A DNA stretch of 60,446 nucleotides from an uncultured Erysipelotrichaceae bacterium (GCA_902797795.1 CADBUF010000024.1:1-60446); one strand, 5' to 3'. Shown: positions 34,240 through 48,559, counted from the first letter of the stretch. Notes: generated by a model not told the origin, from the letters alone. A program made the numbers and translations.

Positions 34240-35694
34240 TTAGTTCCTCTTTGCCACTAAATCTTTAAGTCCAGTGCCATTTTCAATAGCCTGTGCAATG
34301 TTTAATAAAAGGCTCTCTTGGAAGGGTTTTGCCGTTAAATTTCCGCCAAAAGGCATGTTATTTTCAAATCCAAGAGGTAATGTAATGGAAGGATATCCAC
34401 CCATATTTGCAAAGGCCATATAGTTGTCTGCGATTAAATATTCATCGCTCAAATTATTGCTAGAGCCCTTAACCAAAGGAGCAATACTAGGAGCGGCTGG
34501 ACAATATATTGCGTCATATTTTTCAAACACTCTATTGAAAGCATTAACAATTAATCTACGGCATTTTTGAGCTCTGACAAATAATTCATCTTGGTTTTCT
34601 TTTAAAAGCGAGAAACTACCAATTACAAAACGCCTTTTAATAAGAGGAGAGAACCCATTCGTGCGTGTTTTAACCATCACTTCTTCAAAAGATTCACCTT
34701 CAATACGATTGCCAAATTTAATTCCATCTAAATTCGCGTTATTACTAGTGGCTTCAGCACAGCTGATAATGATATAAGTAGGGTAAATTGCCTTTAAGAG
34801 TTTAACATCGATATCAACGACATCAACTTCCGCTCCTTGAGCCTTTAAATAAGATAAAGAAACATTGAAACTTTTAACAACTTCTTTATCACTAATAGAG
34901 TCAATAATCCCTTTAATAACTGCAATCTTCTTCCCTTTGATTGAGTTAGATAAATTAGCGGTGTAGTCTTCAACTTTATTAAAAGATGAAGATGCATCTT
35001 TATCATCTCTACCAGCAAGGATGTTTAATATATAAGCAGAGTCATAAACATTACGTGTGAAATAAGCAACATGATCTAAACTTGTGGCAAACGGAAATAA
35101 ACCAAAGCGAGATATTCTACCCCATGTTGGTTTTAAACCAACTAATGCAGCAAAGGACGCTGGTTTTCTAACTGAATCTCCAGTATCACTACCAAGAGCA
35201 AAAGGAACGATACCAGCACTTACCGCAGCAGCACTTCCACAGCTTGAACCACCAACTTGATGTTTTTTATCTTTATCCCAAGGATTATAAGTAACTCCTA
35301 AGTGACCAGTAGTACCACTACCACCCATAGCGAGTTCGTCCATAGTAGATTTAGCAATGATAATTGCCCCTTCTTTTTCTAATCTAGTAACTACTTCACT
35401 AGAAAAGACAGGAACATAGCCATTTAAGATATTGCTACTTCCAGTAGTTGGAATATCTTTGGTAGAAAAATTATCCTTAATAACAACTGGAATACCATAA
35501 AGAAGATTGTTCTTTTTAGAAGCATCTAATTTAATAACGGCATCCAAAGCTTCTTTTTCACAAATATATTCAAAAGCATTATTTGTGTCTTCTTTTGCCA
35601 ATAGAAGCGCTTCTTTAACTAATTCTAAAGGAGTCACTTCTCCTTTTAAAATGGCCTCATGAATATAGGTGAGGCTTTTATCCATATAACCCAT
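34240..35694 (-). CDS. gatA: Asp/Glu-tRNA amidotransferase subunit A
   Basis: Amidase signature GGSSCGSAAAVSAG. Start placed at ATG 35694 (MGYMDKS...), 1 nt after the gatC stop; the ORF-track start 35736 would overlap gatC by 41 nt. Confidence 0.9.
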   Translation of the reverse strand: MGYMDKSLTYIHEAILKGEVTPLELVKEALLLAKEDTNNAFEYICEKEALDAVIKLDASKKNNLLYGIPVVIKDNFSTKDIPTTGSSNILNGYVPVFSSEVVTRLEKEGAIIIAKSTMDELAMGGSGTTGHLGVTYNPWDKDKKHQVGGSSCGSAAAVSAGIVPFALGSDTGDSVRKPASFAALVGLKPTWGRISRFGLFPFATSLDHVAYFTRNVYDSAYILNILAGRDDKDASSSFNKVEDYTANLSNSIKGKKIAVIKGIIDSISDKEVVKSFNVSLSYLKAQGAEVDVVDIDVKLLKAIYPTYIIISCAEATSNNANLDGIKFGNRIEGESFEEVMVKTRTNGFSPLIKRRFVIGSFSLLKENQDELFVRAQKCRRLIVNAFNRVFEKYDAIYCPAAPSIAPLVKGSSNNLSDEYLIADNYMAFANMGGYPSITLPLGFENNMPFGGNLTAKPFQESLLLNIAQAIENGTGLKDLVAKRN

Positions 35695-35695
35695 A

Positions 35696-35992
35696 TTATT
35701 TAACCACCCTTGGAAGTCTAATTTGACCATCCACAACGTCTTTCGCGTTTCTTAAAGCTTCATTTCTATCCATCGGAGGTGTAGCGACATCTTCTCTAAG
35801 ATATGTATTCGTGACATCAAAAGGGAAAGTCATAGGGATAGCCTCGTCAACCCCTTCAATATCACCAATAAGATTCATTTGTGAAATAATGACATCAAAT
35901 TCAGCGAGAAGATTGTTATATTCTTCATCCGACATGTCAAACATCAATTTATTCGCTGATGTCACTAATACTTCTTTATTTACTTCTTTCAT
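35696..35992 (-). CDS. gatC: Asp/Glu-tRNA amidotransferase subunit C
   Basis: 98 aa, with the size and position typical of gatC. Confidence 0.85.
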   Translation of the reverse strand: MKEVNKEVLVTSANKLMFDMSDEEYNNLLAEFDVIISQMNLIGDIEGVDEAIPMTFPFDVTNTYLREDVATPPMDRNEALRNAKDVVDGQIRLPRVVK

Positions 35993-36034
35993 AGCAATTA
36001 CCTAATTTATCATAGATAACACTTTAGTGCTACC

Positions 36035-40262
<4,228 letters not shown>

Positions 40263-40289
40263 AGCAATATGTTATCATATTAATATATC

Positions 40290-40739
40290 TCATTCAATTT
40301 GATTTATAGAAATTTTACTGCTTATATATTCTTTAATCTGAGAAACACCATAATAGTAGTTATTTATAACACCACTAATTATGTTGATTAAGAAAGGTGT
40401 GCCGAAAATATAAAATTCTTCGAGTGAGAATACACCAGTTAAATCCTTTTTATTTCCATAGACATCTTTATTCGTACAATCAACAAAATAAATTGTTATG
40501 ATATTCAAGCTATAAAAAGAGATAATCTCCTGTTTTAAAGCTTCACAATGTCCACATGTTGTGCTGAAAAAATATATAAGATAGTCTTCTTCTATTTGAT
40601 TGAAGATGTCTTCAAATTCAATCATTGTAGAAACATCATCATAGCTATATTCCTTATTAATAATTGGTTCAGAAATATTGACACTTATATTAGAAGAACA
40701 AGAAATAAGTAAGAGAGAAATGAATATAAACTTTTTCAT
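40290..40739 (-). CDS. Thioredoxin-fold lipoprotein (CGHC active site)
   Basis: 149 aa. Lipobox LLIS|C. Motif FFSTTCGHCEALK. Confidence 0.75.
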   Translation of the reverse strand: MKKFIFISLLLISCSSNISVNISEPIINKEYSYDDVSTMIEFEDIFNQIEEDYLIYFFSTTCGHCEALKQEIISFYSLNIITIYFVDCTNKDVYGNKKDLTGVFSLEEFYIFGTPFLINIISGVINNYYYGVSQIKEYISSKISINQIE

Positions 40740-40816
40740 AAAGGTGCCTCTATAAATTTAATAGTCCCTAAACGAATAATTTTTTAAAATTTTTTTATGT
40801 TTGTTATCATTGATAT

Positions 40817-41731
40817 ATGAACTTCTTAAAGAAAAAGGAAACTCCGGTAGAAAATATTGCCTTTATTGGTATTCTTTCATCTATCAATGTCATATTTGTT
40901 TTATTAAGTAGTTTATTACCAATCTTATTTCTTCTTTTAGTGTTTATTCTTCCTTTAACAAGCATGATAATCACTATCTACTGCAAGAAGAAATATTACC
41001 CAATTTATTTCCTAACTAGCATGGGGTTATGTCTCGCCGTTACAGCAGGATTTAGTATTTTTGATTCTTTTATCTATGTTTTCCCATCACTAATTACCGG
41101 TTTTGTATTTGGGATTTTAATAGAAAAACATGTAAATGCTTTATACATCATACAAATTAACACGATCATACAATTTGTAGTAACGTATTTAACCTTCATA
41201 TTCATAGAAAAATGCATTACAAACATTAATTTCTTTAATTCTTTATACACATTATTTGGATTGACAGATTTCCAATTTAAGGGAGTTTTGACGAATATTT
41301 TCACTTACATTGTTGCCCAAATTCAGATTTTAGTGACATATGTTTTCATAAAGTATGAGGCAAAACGCTTAAATCTAGAAATTAACCTAGAATTGAATAA
41401 TAGAGTAATTTTATATGCACTATATTTAATCGACTTAATAATGACAATTTTCTCTATCATTTTCTTTAAAGATTATGCTTTGCTTTTCACCTTATTGATA
41501 CTTCCATCAATCATCTATCTTCTCTTTAATCTATTTAGCAAGAAGAACAAAATAATCTATCTTTCATTATTAGCGGCTTTCATCGTTTTCGTTTTCTTGT
41601 TTGCCTTTTCATATCAAAAAATGCCTGCGGGCACGCCACTTACACTTATCCACATATTCTTTGTGCTTGTAACAATAATCGATTTTATACTCAATTATTG
41701 TTTCAAAGAAAAGACCAACACTATAAAATAG
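40817..41731 (+). CDS. Polytopic membrane protein, hypothetical
   Basis: 304 aa with about 8 hydrophobic helices. No family recognised. Confidence 0.65.
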   Translation: MNFLKKKETPVENIAFIGILSSINVIFVLLSSLLPILFLLLVFILPLTSMIITIYCKKKYYPIYFLTSMGLCLAVTAGFSIFDSFIYVFPSLITGFVFGILIEKHVNALYIIQINTIIQFVVTYLTFIFIEKCITNINFFNSLYTLFGLTDFQFKGVLTNIFTYIVAQIQILVTYVFIKYEAKRLNLEINLELNNRVILYALYLIDLIMTIFSIIFFKDYALLFTLLILPSIIYLLFNLFSKKNKIIYLSLLAAFIVFVFLFAFSYQKMPAGTPLTLIHIFFVLVTIIDFILNYCFKEKTNTIK

Positions 41732-41747
41732 TAATTGAGAAAAGAAT

Positions 41748-42116
41748 ATGGGTATTTTAAAAAGTATTGCAAAGGGACTTGGTTATTTCTTCCTATTCCC
41801 AATCTTAGTGATCGCAATTGCGTTATACGCTGTTGCCGGTTTCTTTGTGATTATCTATCAATTCATTAAAATGATTTACTTATTCTTCACCGGAAGAAAT
41901 CTTTTTGGGGATCTTCCAGAAGATGTCGAAGTTAAACGTTTAAAAACTATCAATAACACCGAAGAGACATCTTTAAATAACGAAACTACTACTTCACCAA
42001 TTAATCCAACTCCAACAGTATTGGAAGAACCTCCTACTGAAAATGAGAATCAAGGGATAGATGATTTAGAAAAAGAAATCAAAGAGGAGGAGATGAACGA
42101 CTATGGTCAATATTAG
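41748..42116 (+). CDS. Membrane protein with an acidic, low-complexity C-terminal tail, hypothetical
   Basis: 122 aa. Two N-terminal helices, then a T/N/E/P-rich tail. 14-nt overlap with the next ORF. Confidence 0.55.
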   Translation: MGILKSIAKGLGYFFLFPILVIAIALYAVAGFFVIIYQFIKMIYLFFTGRNLFGDLPEDVEVKRLKTINNTEETSLNNETTTSPINPTPTVLEEPPTENENQGIDDLEKEIKEEEMNDYGQY

Positions 42117-42762
42117 TCTACTTTCTCTTTCAGATGGTGATAAAAGATTAATCTTTTCACTTCTTTTGATTTTGGTTGTGTTAATTGCCTTTATCGCCTT
42201 ATTAGGATTTGTTCTTTTAAGAATCATGAAACTTCAATCAAGAAAGATTGACACTCTCATTCATGATGTTGTTGTTTATAAAGTCATTACTGATAAAAAG
42301 CACCTTGTTAAATATGGAAGAGCAAAAAACTGGGCTTTATTCTTAAAGCAAACTGTTATTCCACTAGCTATAATCTTAGTGGGTTTAATAATTTTGTTAA
42401 TTAGAAACGCTGTTACTGATGATTGGCACTATCCTTTATTTAGTACTGAAGTTGGCTTTGGTACTCTATTTTGGACTTGGAAATCATCAGGTTCTTTCAC
42501 AGGAAACGAATATGATTTGATTAGATTCCAAAAAATCGTTTTAGATAACACACCACATCTAGCCGCAGAAGCGTGGGCCAGTTATATTGTTGTTCCTTGT
42601 TTCTTTGTTGGTGGAATTTGGTACGTTATTATCTCTTCATGCTTATTGAGTAGAACTGCTTTATTGTATAAAAGAAGTAGACAAGTGTTTGAAAAAAGCC
42701 TCGATGGCTACCGCCAAGACGAGGCTAATAATCAAAATAATTCAATTAACCCAATACAATAA
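42103..42762 (+). CDS. Membrane protein, hypothetical
   Basis: 219 aa with three or four hydrophobic helices. Confidence 0.6.
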   Translation: MVNISLLSLSDGDKRLIFSLLLILVVLIAFIALLGFVLLRIMKLQSRKIDTLIHDVVVYKVITDKKHLVKYGRAKNWALFLKQTVIPLAIILVGLIILLIRNAVTDDWHYPLFSTEVGFGTLFWTWKSSGSFTGNEYDLIRFQKIVLDNTPHLAAEAWASYIVVPCFFVGGIWYVIISSCLLSRTALLYKRSRQVFEKSLDGYRQDEANNQNNSINPIQ

Positions 42763-42909
42763 TTATTTGCCTTGGATTAATAAAATGATTTGCACAAAGA
42801 AATAAATAATAAGTAAAAGATCAAGAACAACTAAAAGGTAGCAGATGCGTTTCTTCGCAACTGCTTTTCTTTTTTCTTTTTCTAACTTCATTACTTCTTT
42901 AGAAACCAT
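42763..42909 (-). CDS. Unlisted 48-aa tail-anchored-type small membrane protein (candidate)
   Basis: My own translation of the minus strand: MVSKEVMKLEKEKRKAVAKKRICYLLVVLDLLLIIYFFVQIILLIQGK. The ATG lies 2 nt after the asnS stop. Below the 60-aa cutoff of the ORF track. Confidence 0.4.
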   Translation of the reverse strand: MVSKEVMKLEKEKRKAVAKKRICYLLVVLDLLLIIYFFVQIILLIQGK

Positions 42910-42911
42910 AA

Positions 42912-44309
42912 TTAATATTTAATTGAATTGCTTGTACGTGGATATGGTTGAACATCGCGAATATTCTGCATACCAGTAATGTACATGAGTAATCTATCAA
43001 ATCCAATTCCAAAACCAGAATGGACACATCCACCATATTTACGAGTGTCTAAATACCATTCAAGACCTTCGGTAATACCCATTTCATCCATCTTGGCTTT
43101 TAAGACACCATATCTTTCTTCTCTTTGAGAACCACCGACGAGTTCACCAACCGCAGGAACTAATAAGTCACATGCAGCAACAGTTTTATTATCTGGATTG
43201 ACTTTCATATAGAAAGCTTTGATTTCACGTGGGTAATCAATTAAGAAGAGTGGGCCATTAACCACTTTTTCAGTTAAATAACGTTCATGCTCACTTTGTA
43301 AATCCATACCCCATTCAATATTGCTGTTTTCAAATTTAACACCATCTTTAACGGCTTTCTTTAGGATTTCAATACCTTCTGAATAGCTCATTTTCTTAAA
43401 TTCAGAATTTAAAACATGATCTAAACGTTCAATAAGAGTGTTATCAATCATTGTGTTGAAGAATTTCATTTCTTCTGGACAAGCTTCTTTAACATACGCA
43501 ATACAATATTTAATACATTCTTCAATGATGTTCATGTTTCCATTTAAATCACAGAACGCCATTTCAGGTTCAATCATCCAGAATTCAGAAGCATGTCTAA
43601 CTGTGTTAGAATGTTCGGCTCTAAAAACAGGACCAAAGGTATATACATCTCTAAAGGCTAAAGCAAATGGCTCAACATGTAATTGTCCAGTAACAGTTAA
43701 ATTAACTTTTCTGCCATAGAATGAGAACGGATCCTTAGTATCATGAGTAGTTACATCAAAAACATTGCCTGCTCCTTCTCCATCATTTGTGGTAATTTCT
43801 GGAGTGTGAACATAAATGAAGCCTCTCTCTTGGAAGAATTGATGAATCGCGAAAGAAAGAACGCTTCTTACTCTAAAAACAGCCTGGAATGTATTTCCGC
43901 GTGGTCTAATATGAGCGATATCTCTTAAAAATTCAAAGGAATGTCTCTTCTTTTGAAGAGGATAATCTTCATCACAATCACCCAATAAAGTAACATCGGT
44001 CACATTAATTTCAAATGGTTGCTTATTTTCTGGAGTAAAAGTAACTTTACCAGTAACATCAATCGCACAGCCATTTCTTAAAGAAGCAAGCACTTCATAT
44101 TTTTCATTATCTTTAGAATAGACGAGTTGAACGTTTTTAAAATAAGTTCCATCGTTAAATTCGATAAAACCAATTTGACCATTTGATCTATTAGTTCTTA
44201 CCCAACCTTGTAGATGAACCAAAGCATCACTCAATCCAATTTTCTCTTCATCATCGCCACAAACGACAATGTCATATAAATCAAAATTCTTAATATCAAT
44301 TTTCTTCAT
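42912..44309 (-). CDS. asnS: Asparaginyl-tRNA synthetase
   Basis: Class II motifs FRAEHSNTVRHASEFWMIEPE and GFGIGFDRL. Start at ATG 44309 (GAGGA 8 nt upstream, TATAAT further up) preferred over 44330. Confidence 0.9.
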   Translation of the reverse strand: MKKIDIKNFDLYDIVVCGDDEEKIGLSDALVHLQGWVRTNRSNGQIGFIEFNDGTYFKNVQLVYSKDNEKYEVLASLRNGCAIDVTGKVTFTPENKQPFEINVTDVTLLGDCDEDYPLQKKRHSFEFLRDIAHIRPRGNTFQAVFRVRSVLSFAIHQFFQERGFIYVHTPEITTNDGEGAGNVFDVTTHDTKDPFSFYGRKVNLTVTGQLHVEPFALAFRDVYTFGPVFRAEHSNTVRHASEFWMIEPEMAFCDLNGNMNIIEECIKYCIAYVKEACPEEMKFFNTMIDNTLIERLDHVLNSEFKKMSYSEGIEILKKAVKDGVKFENSNIEWGMDLQSEHERYLTEKVVNGPLFLIDYPREIKAFYMKVNPDNKTVAACDLLVPAVGELVGGSQREERYGVLKAKMDEMGITEGLEWYLDTRKYGGCVHSGFGIGFDRLLMYITGMQNIRDVQPYPRTSNSIKY

Positions 44310-44365
44310 GATTTTTTCCTCACGTGTCATTATATCAATAAGCAGTTAATCTTTTAATAAAGATT

Positions 44366-45379
44366 TTAGAATTTATTCCATTCATCAATTTCCCAGTTTG
44401 GGTCAACTGAAACATCTAAAGGCGCAAAAACTTTAAGTTCATATAGCCTTTCGGCGACCTTCGCAATCATTGCAGCGTTATCAGTGCAACACCACATCGG
44501 AGGGATTTTTATTTCAACTCCAAGTTTATTCATTTCTTTGCTCATCTCTTCTCTTAGATATGAATTAGCAGATACACCACCTGCTAAAATTACTTGGTTA
44601 ACTTTGTATTCTTTAACGACCTTGATCGTCCGGTCGATAACTAATCCAACTGCGACATCTTGGAATGATTTACACATGTCACTAACATTAACCTTTTCAC
44701 CTTTTTGTTCAAGATTATGAACGAGATTAATGACATTAGTTTTTAATCCAGAATACGACAGATCAAGGGTATGTTCACCTTTTAATGGTGTTGGTAAATC
44801 GTATGTATGTTGTCCTTCTTTTGCTAATTTATCAATTGGAATACCACCAGGATAAGGAAGTCCAAGAACTCTAGCAACTTTGTCATAGCATTCACCAATC
44901 GCGTCATCTCTGGTTTTGGCTAATATTTCAAAATCAAGATGATCTTTCATTAACACGAGCTCCGTATTTCCACCACTAACAACTACCGCTAGCATTGGGA
45001 ATTTGAATACAGAAACATATTCATTTGCGTATATATGTCCCGCTAAATGGTGAACTGGAATAAGAGGAATCTTATAAAGCATTGAAATAGTTTTTGCAGC
45101 TTGTAAACCAACATGAAGTGCTCCAATTAAGCCTGGTCCTCTAGTGACCGCGACCGCATCTAATTCCTCAAACTTAACATTTGCGGTTTCCATCGCTTCC
45201 TTAATAACAATTGAAATATTTTCAGCGTGTAATCGGCTAGCGATTTCTGGCATGACACCACCATATTTGCGGTGAACATCAATTTGAGTGGAGACGATAT
45301 TTGAAAGTAATTTACCATCACTTATGACACTAGCAGCGGTTTCATCACAACTACTTTCAATAGCAAGTATTTTCGCCAT
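44366..45379 (-). CDS. tsaD: tRNA N6-adenosine threonylcarbamoyltransferase
   Basis: 337 aa. Kae1/TsaD metal-binding site PVHHLAGH. Operon context. Confidence 0.95.
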   Translation of the reverse strand: MAKILAIESSCDETAASVISDGKLLSNIVSTQIDVHRKYGGVMPEIASRLHAENISIVIKEAMETANVKFEELDAVAVTRGPGLIGALHVGLQAAKTISMLYKIPLIPVHHLAGHIYANEYVSVFKFPMLAVVVSGGNTELVLMKDHLDFEILAKTRDDAIGECYDKVARVLGLPYPGGIPIDKLAKEGQHTYDLPTPLKGEHTLDLSYSGLKTNVINLVHNLEQKGEKVNVSDMCKSFQDVAVGLVIDRTIKVVKEYKVNQVILAGGVSANSYLREEMSKEMNKLGVEIKIPPMWCCTDNAAMIAKVAERLYELKVFAPLDVSVDPNWEIDEWNKF

Positions 45380-45380
45380 A

Positions 45381-45854
45381 TTACTTTCTCACCTCCAAAA
45401 TCATATAAATTGCATCTTCTCCGTTAGAGTAGTAGCCTTCTTTTTTATGAGAAATGACAAAGCCGTGTTTCTGATAAAAATTGATAGCTTTAACATTACT
45501 TTCTCTAACTTCAAGAGTTAATGTTTTTACTCGTTTTGCATAAGCATCTTTTTTAACTTCTTCCATCATAATGGTGCCGATTCCTGAGCGTTGAATATCA
45601 GGATGGACGGCAATTTGACAAATTGTCCCGCTATCAAATGTCACCCAATAATCAACAAAACCAACAATTTGTTTAAGTCCTAATGATTTATTTGAATATT
45701 CGATTACCCAAACATTGCTAACAGGATTTTCATTTATTTCATAAATCAAATCTTTCTCTTTATATGGATGAAGAAAACATAGATTTTCAATCTCCATCAC
45801 TTGAGGAAGATCCTCGATTGTCATATCACGCATTTCAACATCTAAATATTTCAT
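45381..45854 (-). CDS. rimI: Ribosomal-protein-alanine N-acetyltransferase (GNAT)
   Basis: 157 aa. Acetyl-CoA motif QRSGIGTIMM. Sits between tsaB and tsaD. Confidence 0.8.
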   Translation of the reverse strand: MKYLDVEMRDMTIEDLPQVMEIENLCFLHPYKEKDLIYEINENPVSNVWVIEYSNKSLGLKQIVGFVDYWVTFDSGTICQIAVHPDIQRSGIGTIMMEEVKKDAYAKRVKTLTLEVRESNVKAINFYQKHGFVISHKKEGYYSNGEDAIYMILEVRK

Positions 45855-45856
45855 AA

Positions 45857-46441
45857 TTAATCTTTTAAATAAACAGGTGTAACCGACAAATCATTTTCTG
45901 CTTTCTTTAAAGAAGATAACAAAGAAATCATTTGTAAGCAGACATTGTTGTCCTTATTTTCAAATCCTAAATATCTCGCATCACCGCATATTGAATAATC
46001 TTTGTGCAAGTTAATATATTCTTTTACTTCATCATTTGTCTTAATCGTATCGTTAATGATGATTTCATTACCTTTATATACCCCAAAATAGGAACGGTTG
46101 CTTCTTGCGTTAATAAGACAAATACATGGTTTATCGTTGTCCTTTAAAATTCTTAAAGAACTCACCGGATAAATTGGAACATTTAAACAAAGTGAGCTAA
46201 CTTTGGCGATGGTTAAGGCAATACGTACACCGGTGTAACTTCCAGGTCCAATCGCGCAGACGATTTTATCGATTTCATTTCTATTTACATGTAGGGAGTC
46301 AAGTATTTTATCGATTTCTGGAATCATACATTCACTTTGTCTTTGCCATGCTTCATATGAAGTATAGGCGACAAGTTTTCCATTTTTTTCTAATCCTACC
46401 GCTAAAGAGGTATTTGAGCTATCAAGTAATAACGAATACAT
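45857..46441 (-). CDS. tsaB: t6A biosynthesis protein TsaB
   Basis: 194 aa. N-terminal ASKHA-like fold (LLLDSSNTSLAVGL, GPGSYTGVRI). Confidence 0.85.
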   Translation of the reverse strand: MYSLLLDSSNTSLAVGLEKNGKLVAYTSYEAWQRQSECMIPEIDKILDSLHVNRNEIDKIVCAIGPGSYTGVRIALTIAKVSSLCLNVPIYPVSSLRILKDNDKPCICLINARSNRSYFGVYKGNEIIINDTIKTNDEVKEYINLHKDYSICGDARYLGFENKDNNVCLQMISLLSSLKKAENDLSVTPVYLKD

Positions 46442-46890
46442 TATTTAAGTACCTCCACCAAAGAAGGATCAAGAGAATAAATATCAATTTTTCTAGATGT
46501 TTCACTAATAGAAGAAATATTTATCCATAAAGTATTTTCTGGTAATAAATTTTCAATATATAAAGGCCACTCAATCATGGTTAAACCAGTTTCATAACCG
46601 ATATATTCGTCTAGCCCAATATCATTATTGATGTCCGCTAAGCGATATGCATCAATATGGATTAAAGGACGGTCACCTTTTAAATAGAGTTTCATAATGT
46701 TAAATGTCGGAGATTGAACAACTTCGTTAATATTTAAACCACGTGCAACACCCCTAACTAAAGTAGTTTTACCCGCACCTAAATCACCCAATAAAGCAAT
46801 TACTGTTCCATTAGGAATTTTCTTTGCAATTTTTAAACCAAATTCATTCATTTGGTCGCATGAAAAAATGTCAAATATATAGTGTTCCAT
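46441..46890 (-). CDS. tsaE: t6A biosynthesis ATPase TsaE
   Basis: 149 aa. P-loop GDLGAGKTT. TAATG overlap with tsaB. Confidence 0.9.
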   Translation of the reverse strand: MEHYIFDIFSCDQMNEFGLKIAKKIPNGTVIALLGDLGAGKTTLVRGVARGLNINEVVQSPTFNIMKLYLKGDRPLIHIDAYRLADINNDIGLDEYIGYETGLTMIEWPLYIENLLPENTLWINISSISETSRKIDIYSLDPSLVEVLK

Positions 46891-46895
46891 TTCTT

Positions 46896-47432
46896 TTATT
46901 TTTCCTTATTAGAAATAAGTTCTAAAAACTTATTGTAGTACTTTTGTACACGTTTATCATCAAATGGCCATAAACGTTTTTCCATTCTTTTAACGATATC
47001 TTTCATTTGATATTTAAGAACAGTATCTAAATCATCGCTATAAGAATATAAATTTTTATGTCTAAGATATTCTTTCTCATCAAGAATTCTTATATCACCA
47101 TTAGGAAAAAGTTTGGCGTCTAAATCGTAATCGATGTATTTAATCATGCGATTATTAATCAAAGCTGGAGAGGCAATATTGCAGTAATAACAAATGCCGT
47201 CTTCTTTAAACATGCAAATCGCGTTCCACCATTCTTTTTTTGAAAAGATGGTAACTGCTGGTTCTTTGGTAAACCAACGTCTCCCATTATATTCCATAAC
47301 CTTTGCTTTTTTAGTAGCGATGACAATAAAATCGTCATTATTAGCCAAGACTAAACCACGGTCCCAGCAGCGATGCAAGGAACCATCATGTTTATAACAC
47401 TGTATGGCTAGCCAATGACCAAATAGACTCAT
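46896..47432 (-). CDS. DUF402/UPF0374 family protein (nucleoside tri/diphosphatase Ntdp-like)
   Basis: 178 aa. Resembles the YgaC/Ntdp family (CYKHDGSLHRCW..., YIDYDLD). Confidence 0.65.
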   Translation of the reverse strand: MSLFGHWLAIQCYKHDGSLHRCWDRGLVLANNDDFIVIATKKAKVMEYNGRRWFTKEPAVTIFSKKEWWNAICMFKEDGICYYCNIASPALINNRMIKYIDYDLDAKLFPNGDIRILDEKEYLRHKNLYSYSDDLDTVLKYQMKDIVKRMEKRLWPFDDKRVQKYYNKFLELISNKEK

Positions 47433-47435
47433 AAA

Positions 47436-48440
47436 TTATCCTAAGCAAATTTCGCAAACATCATTAATATTTTTCTTAAGTTGATTATAACTTCCAATGT
47501 TGATTTCTTTATCGAATGGAATAGCGACAATAGAATCGTCATAAGACATATAAACTGAAGTATGTCCTGCCCATAAAACAATGTTCATGTTAAGCAAAGC
47601 ATTATGACATTCAATGGATTTAAGATTATTAACAAAGTCTTTTCCTAAGTCTTTGGCGAAATTAGCACCTTTTTTACCATAGATAACAAATCTATTTTGT
47701 TCAGAAAGAACTTCTAAATCTTCAATATCGTTTGGTTTATCGGTTTCAGTAGAACCTTTGATATTTATGATATATCGATCTTCAAAATGTAAATCGTTAG
47801 AGAAACTTAAATACTTACCAACAAACATAACATTTTTCGTGCGTTTCTTAGCACCCTGAGAATATAAAGCAAGTTCACCACATTGCACATTTTTTCCTTT
47901 AAAAGAAAATTCGACAATGTTTCTACTTGCGGTATCAATTACATCTTTATAGCAGCGATCCGCTAAGACATCACCAATAGCGTATCTTTTTTCCATATAA
48001 AGTTTTTTGTTAGTCATGCTCTTATAAGAAAAAACGAAAGCGTCACTTTGTGTTAAAAAGAAACGAATGTATTTCTTAGTGGTATTTGGAAATAAGTTTT
48101 TAGTCAAAATGTAGTGAACCAATAATCCTAAAATGGTAACTCCAATAGCAACACCACCAACAATTGGACCCCAGCTCTTTGTATTCTCATTAACTAAAAG
48201 AATCATTGAGGCAATAAAAATAACAACAGTAACAATCATTAAAATATTGTTTCTGGTTCTAGCTTTACGATAGGTAACAAAAATATTCTTTCTTTCATTT
48301 TCAACATCTTTATCAAATGGAAGTTCGTTTTTTTCAATTTCATCAAGGTTAATAGTGTCTAAACTTTTCTCAAGTTGAGCATTTTCTTCTTCTGGAGTGA
48401 GAACCTTTGCTTTAACTGTTTTTTGTTCTTTTTTCTTCAT
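47436..48440 (-). CDS. Two-TM membrane protein with a large C-terminal soluble domain, hypothetical
   Basis: 334 aa. K/E-rich N-terminus and a hairpin of two helices (aa ~65-115). Possibly DUF3137-like; I cannot verify this. Confidence 0.65.
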   Translation of the reverse strand: MKKKEQKTVKAKVLTPEEENAQLEKSLDTINLDEIEKNELPFDKDVENERKNIFVTYRKARTRNNILMIVTVVIFIASMILLVNENTKSWGPIVGGVAIGVTILGLLVHYILTKNLFPNTTKKYIRFFLTQSDAFVFSYKSMTNKKLYMEKRYAIGDVLADRCYKDVIDTASRNIVEFSFKGKNVQCGELALYSQGAKKRTKNVMFVGKYLSFSNDLHFEDRYIINIKGSTETDKPNDIEDLEVLSEQNRFVIYGKKGANFAKDLGKDFVNNLKSIECHNALLNMNIVLWAGHTSVYMSYDDSIVAIPFDKEINIGSYNQLKKNINDVCEICLG

Positions 48441-48526
48441 TTTAAATACTCCTTAGTGATATCAATAATAACATAAATGCCTCATAAATGAGAGCAATTT
48501 ATGTAAGTTTCTATATTAGATAGAGT

Positions 48527-48555
48527 TTGAAGAAAATATTCATTAGTTTTATAAT
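48527..48555 (+). promoter_or_regulatory. Promoter of the thiamine leader (TTGAAG-17-TATAAT)
   Basis: Near-consensus hexamers with a 17-nt spacer. The -10 ends ~6 nt before the riboswitch aptamer. Confidence 0.55.
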
Positions 48556-48559
48556 CAAT

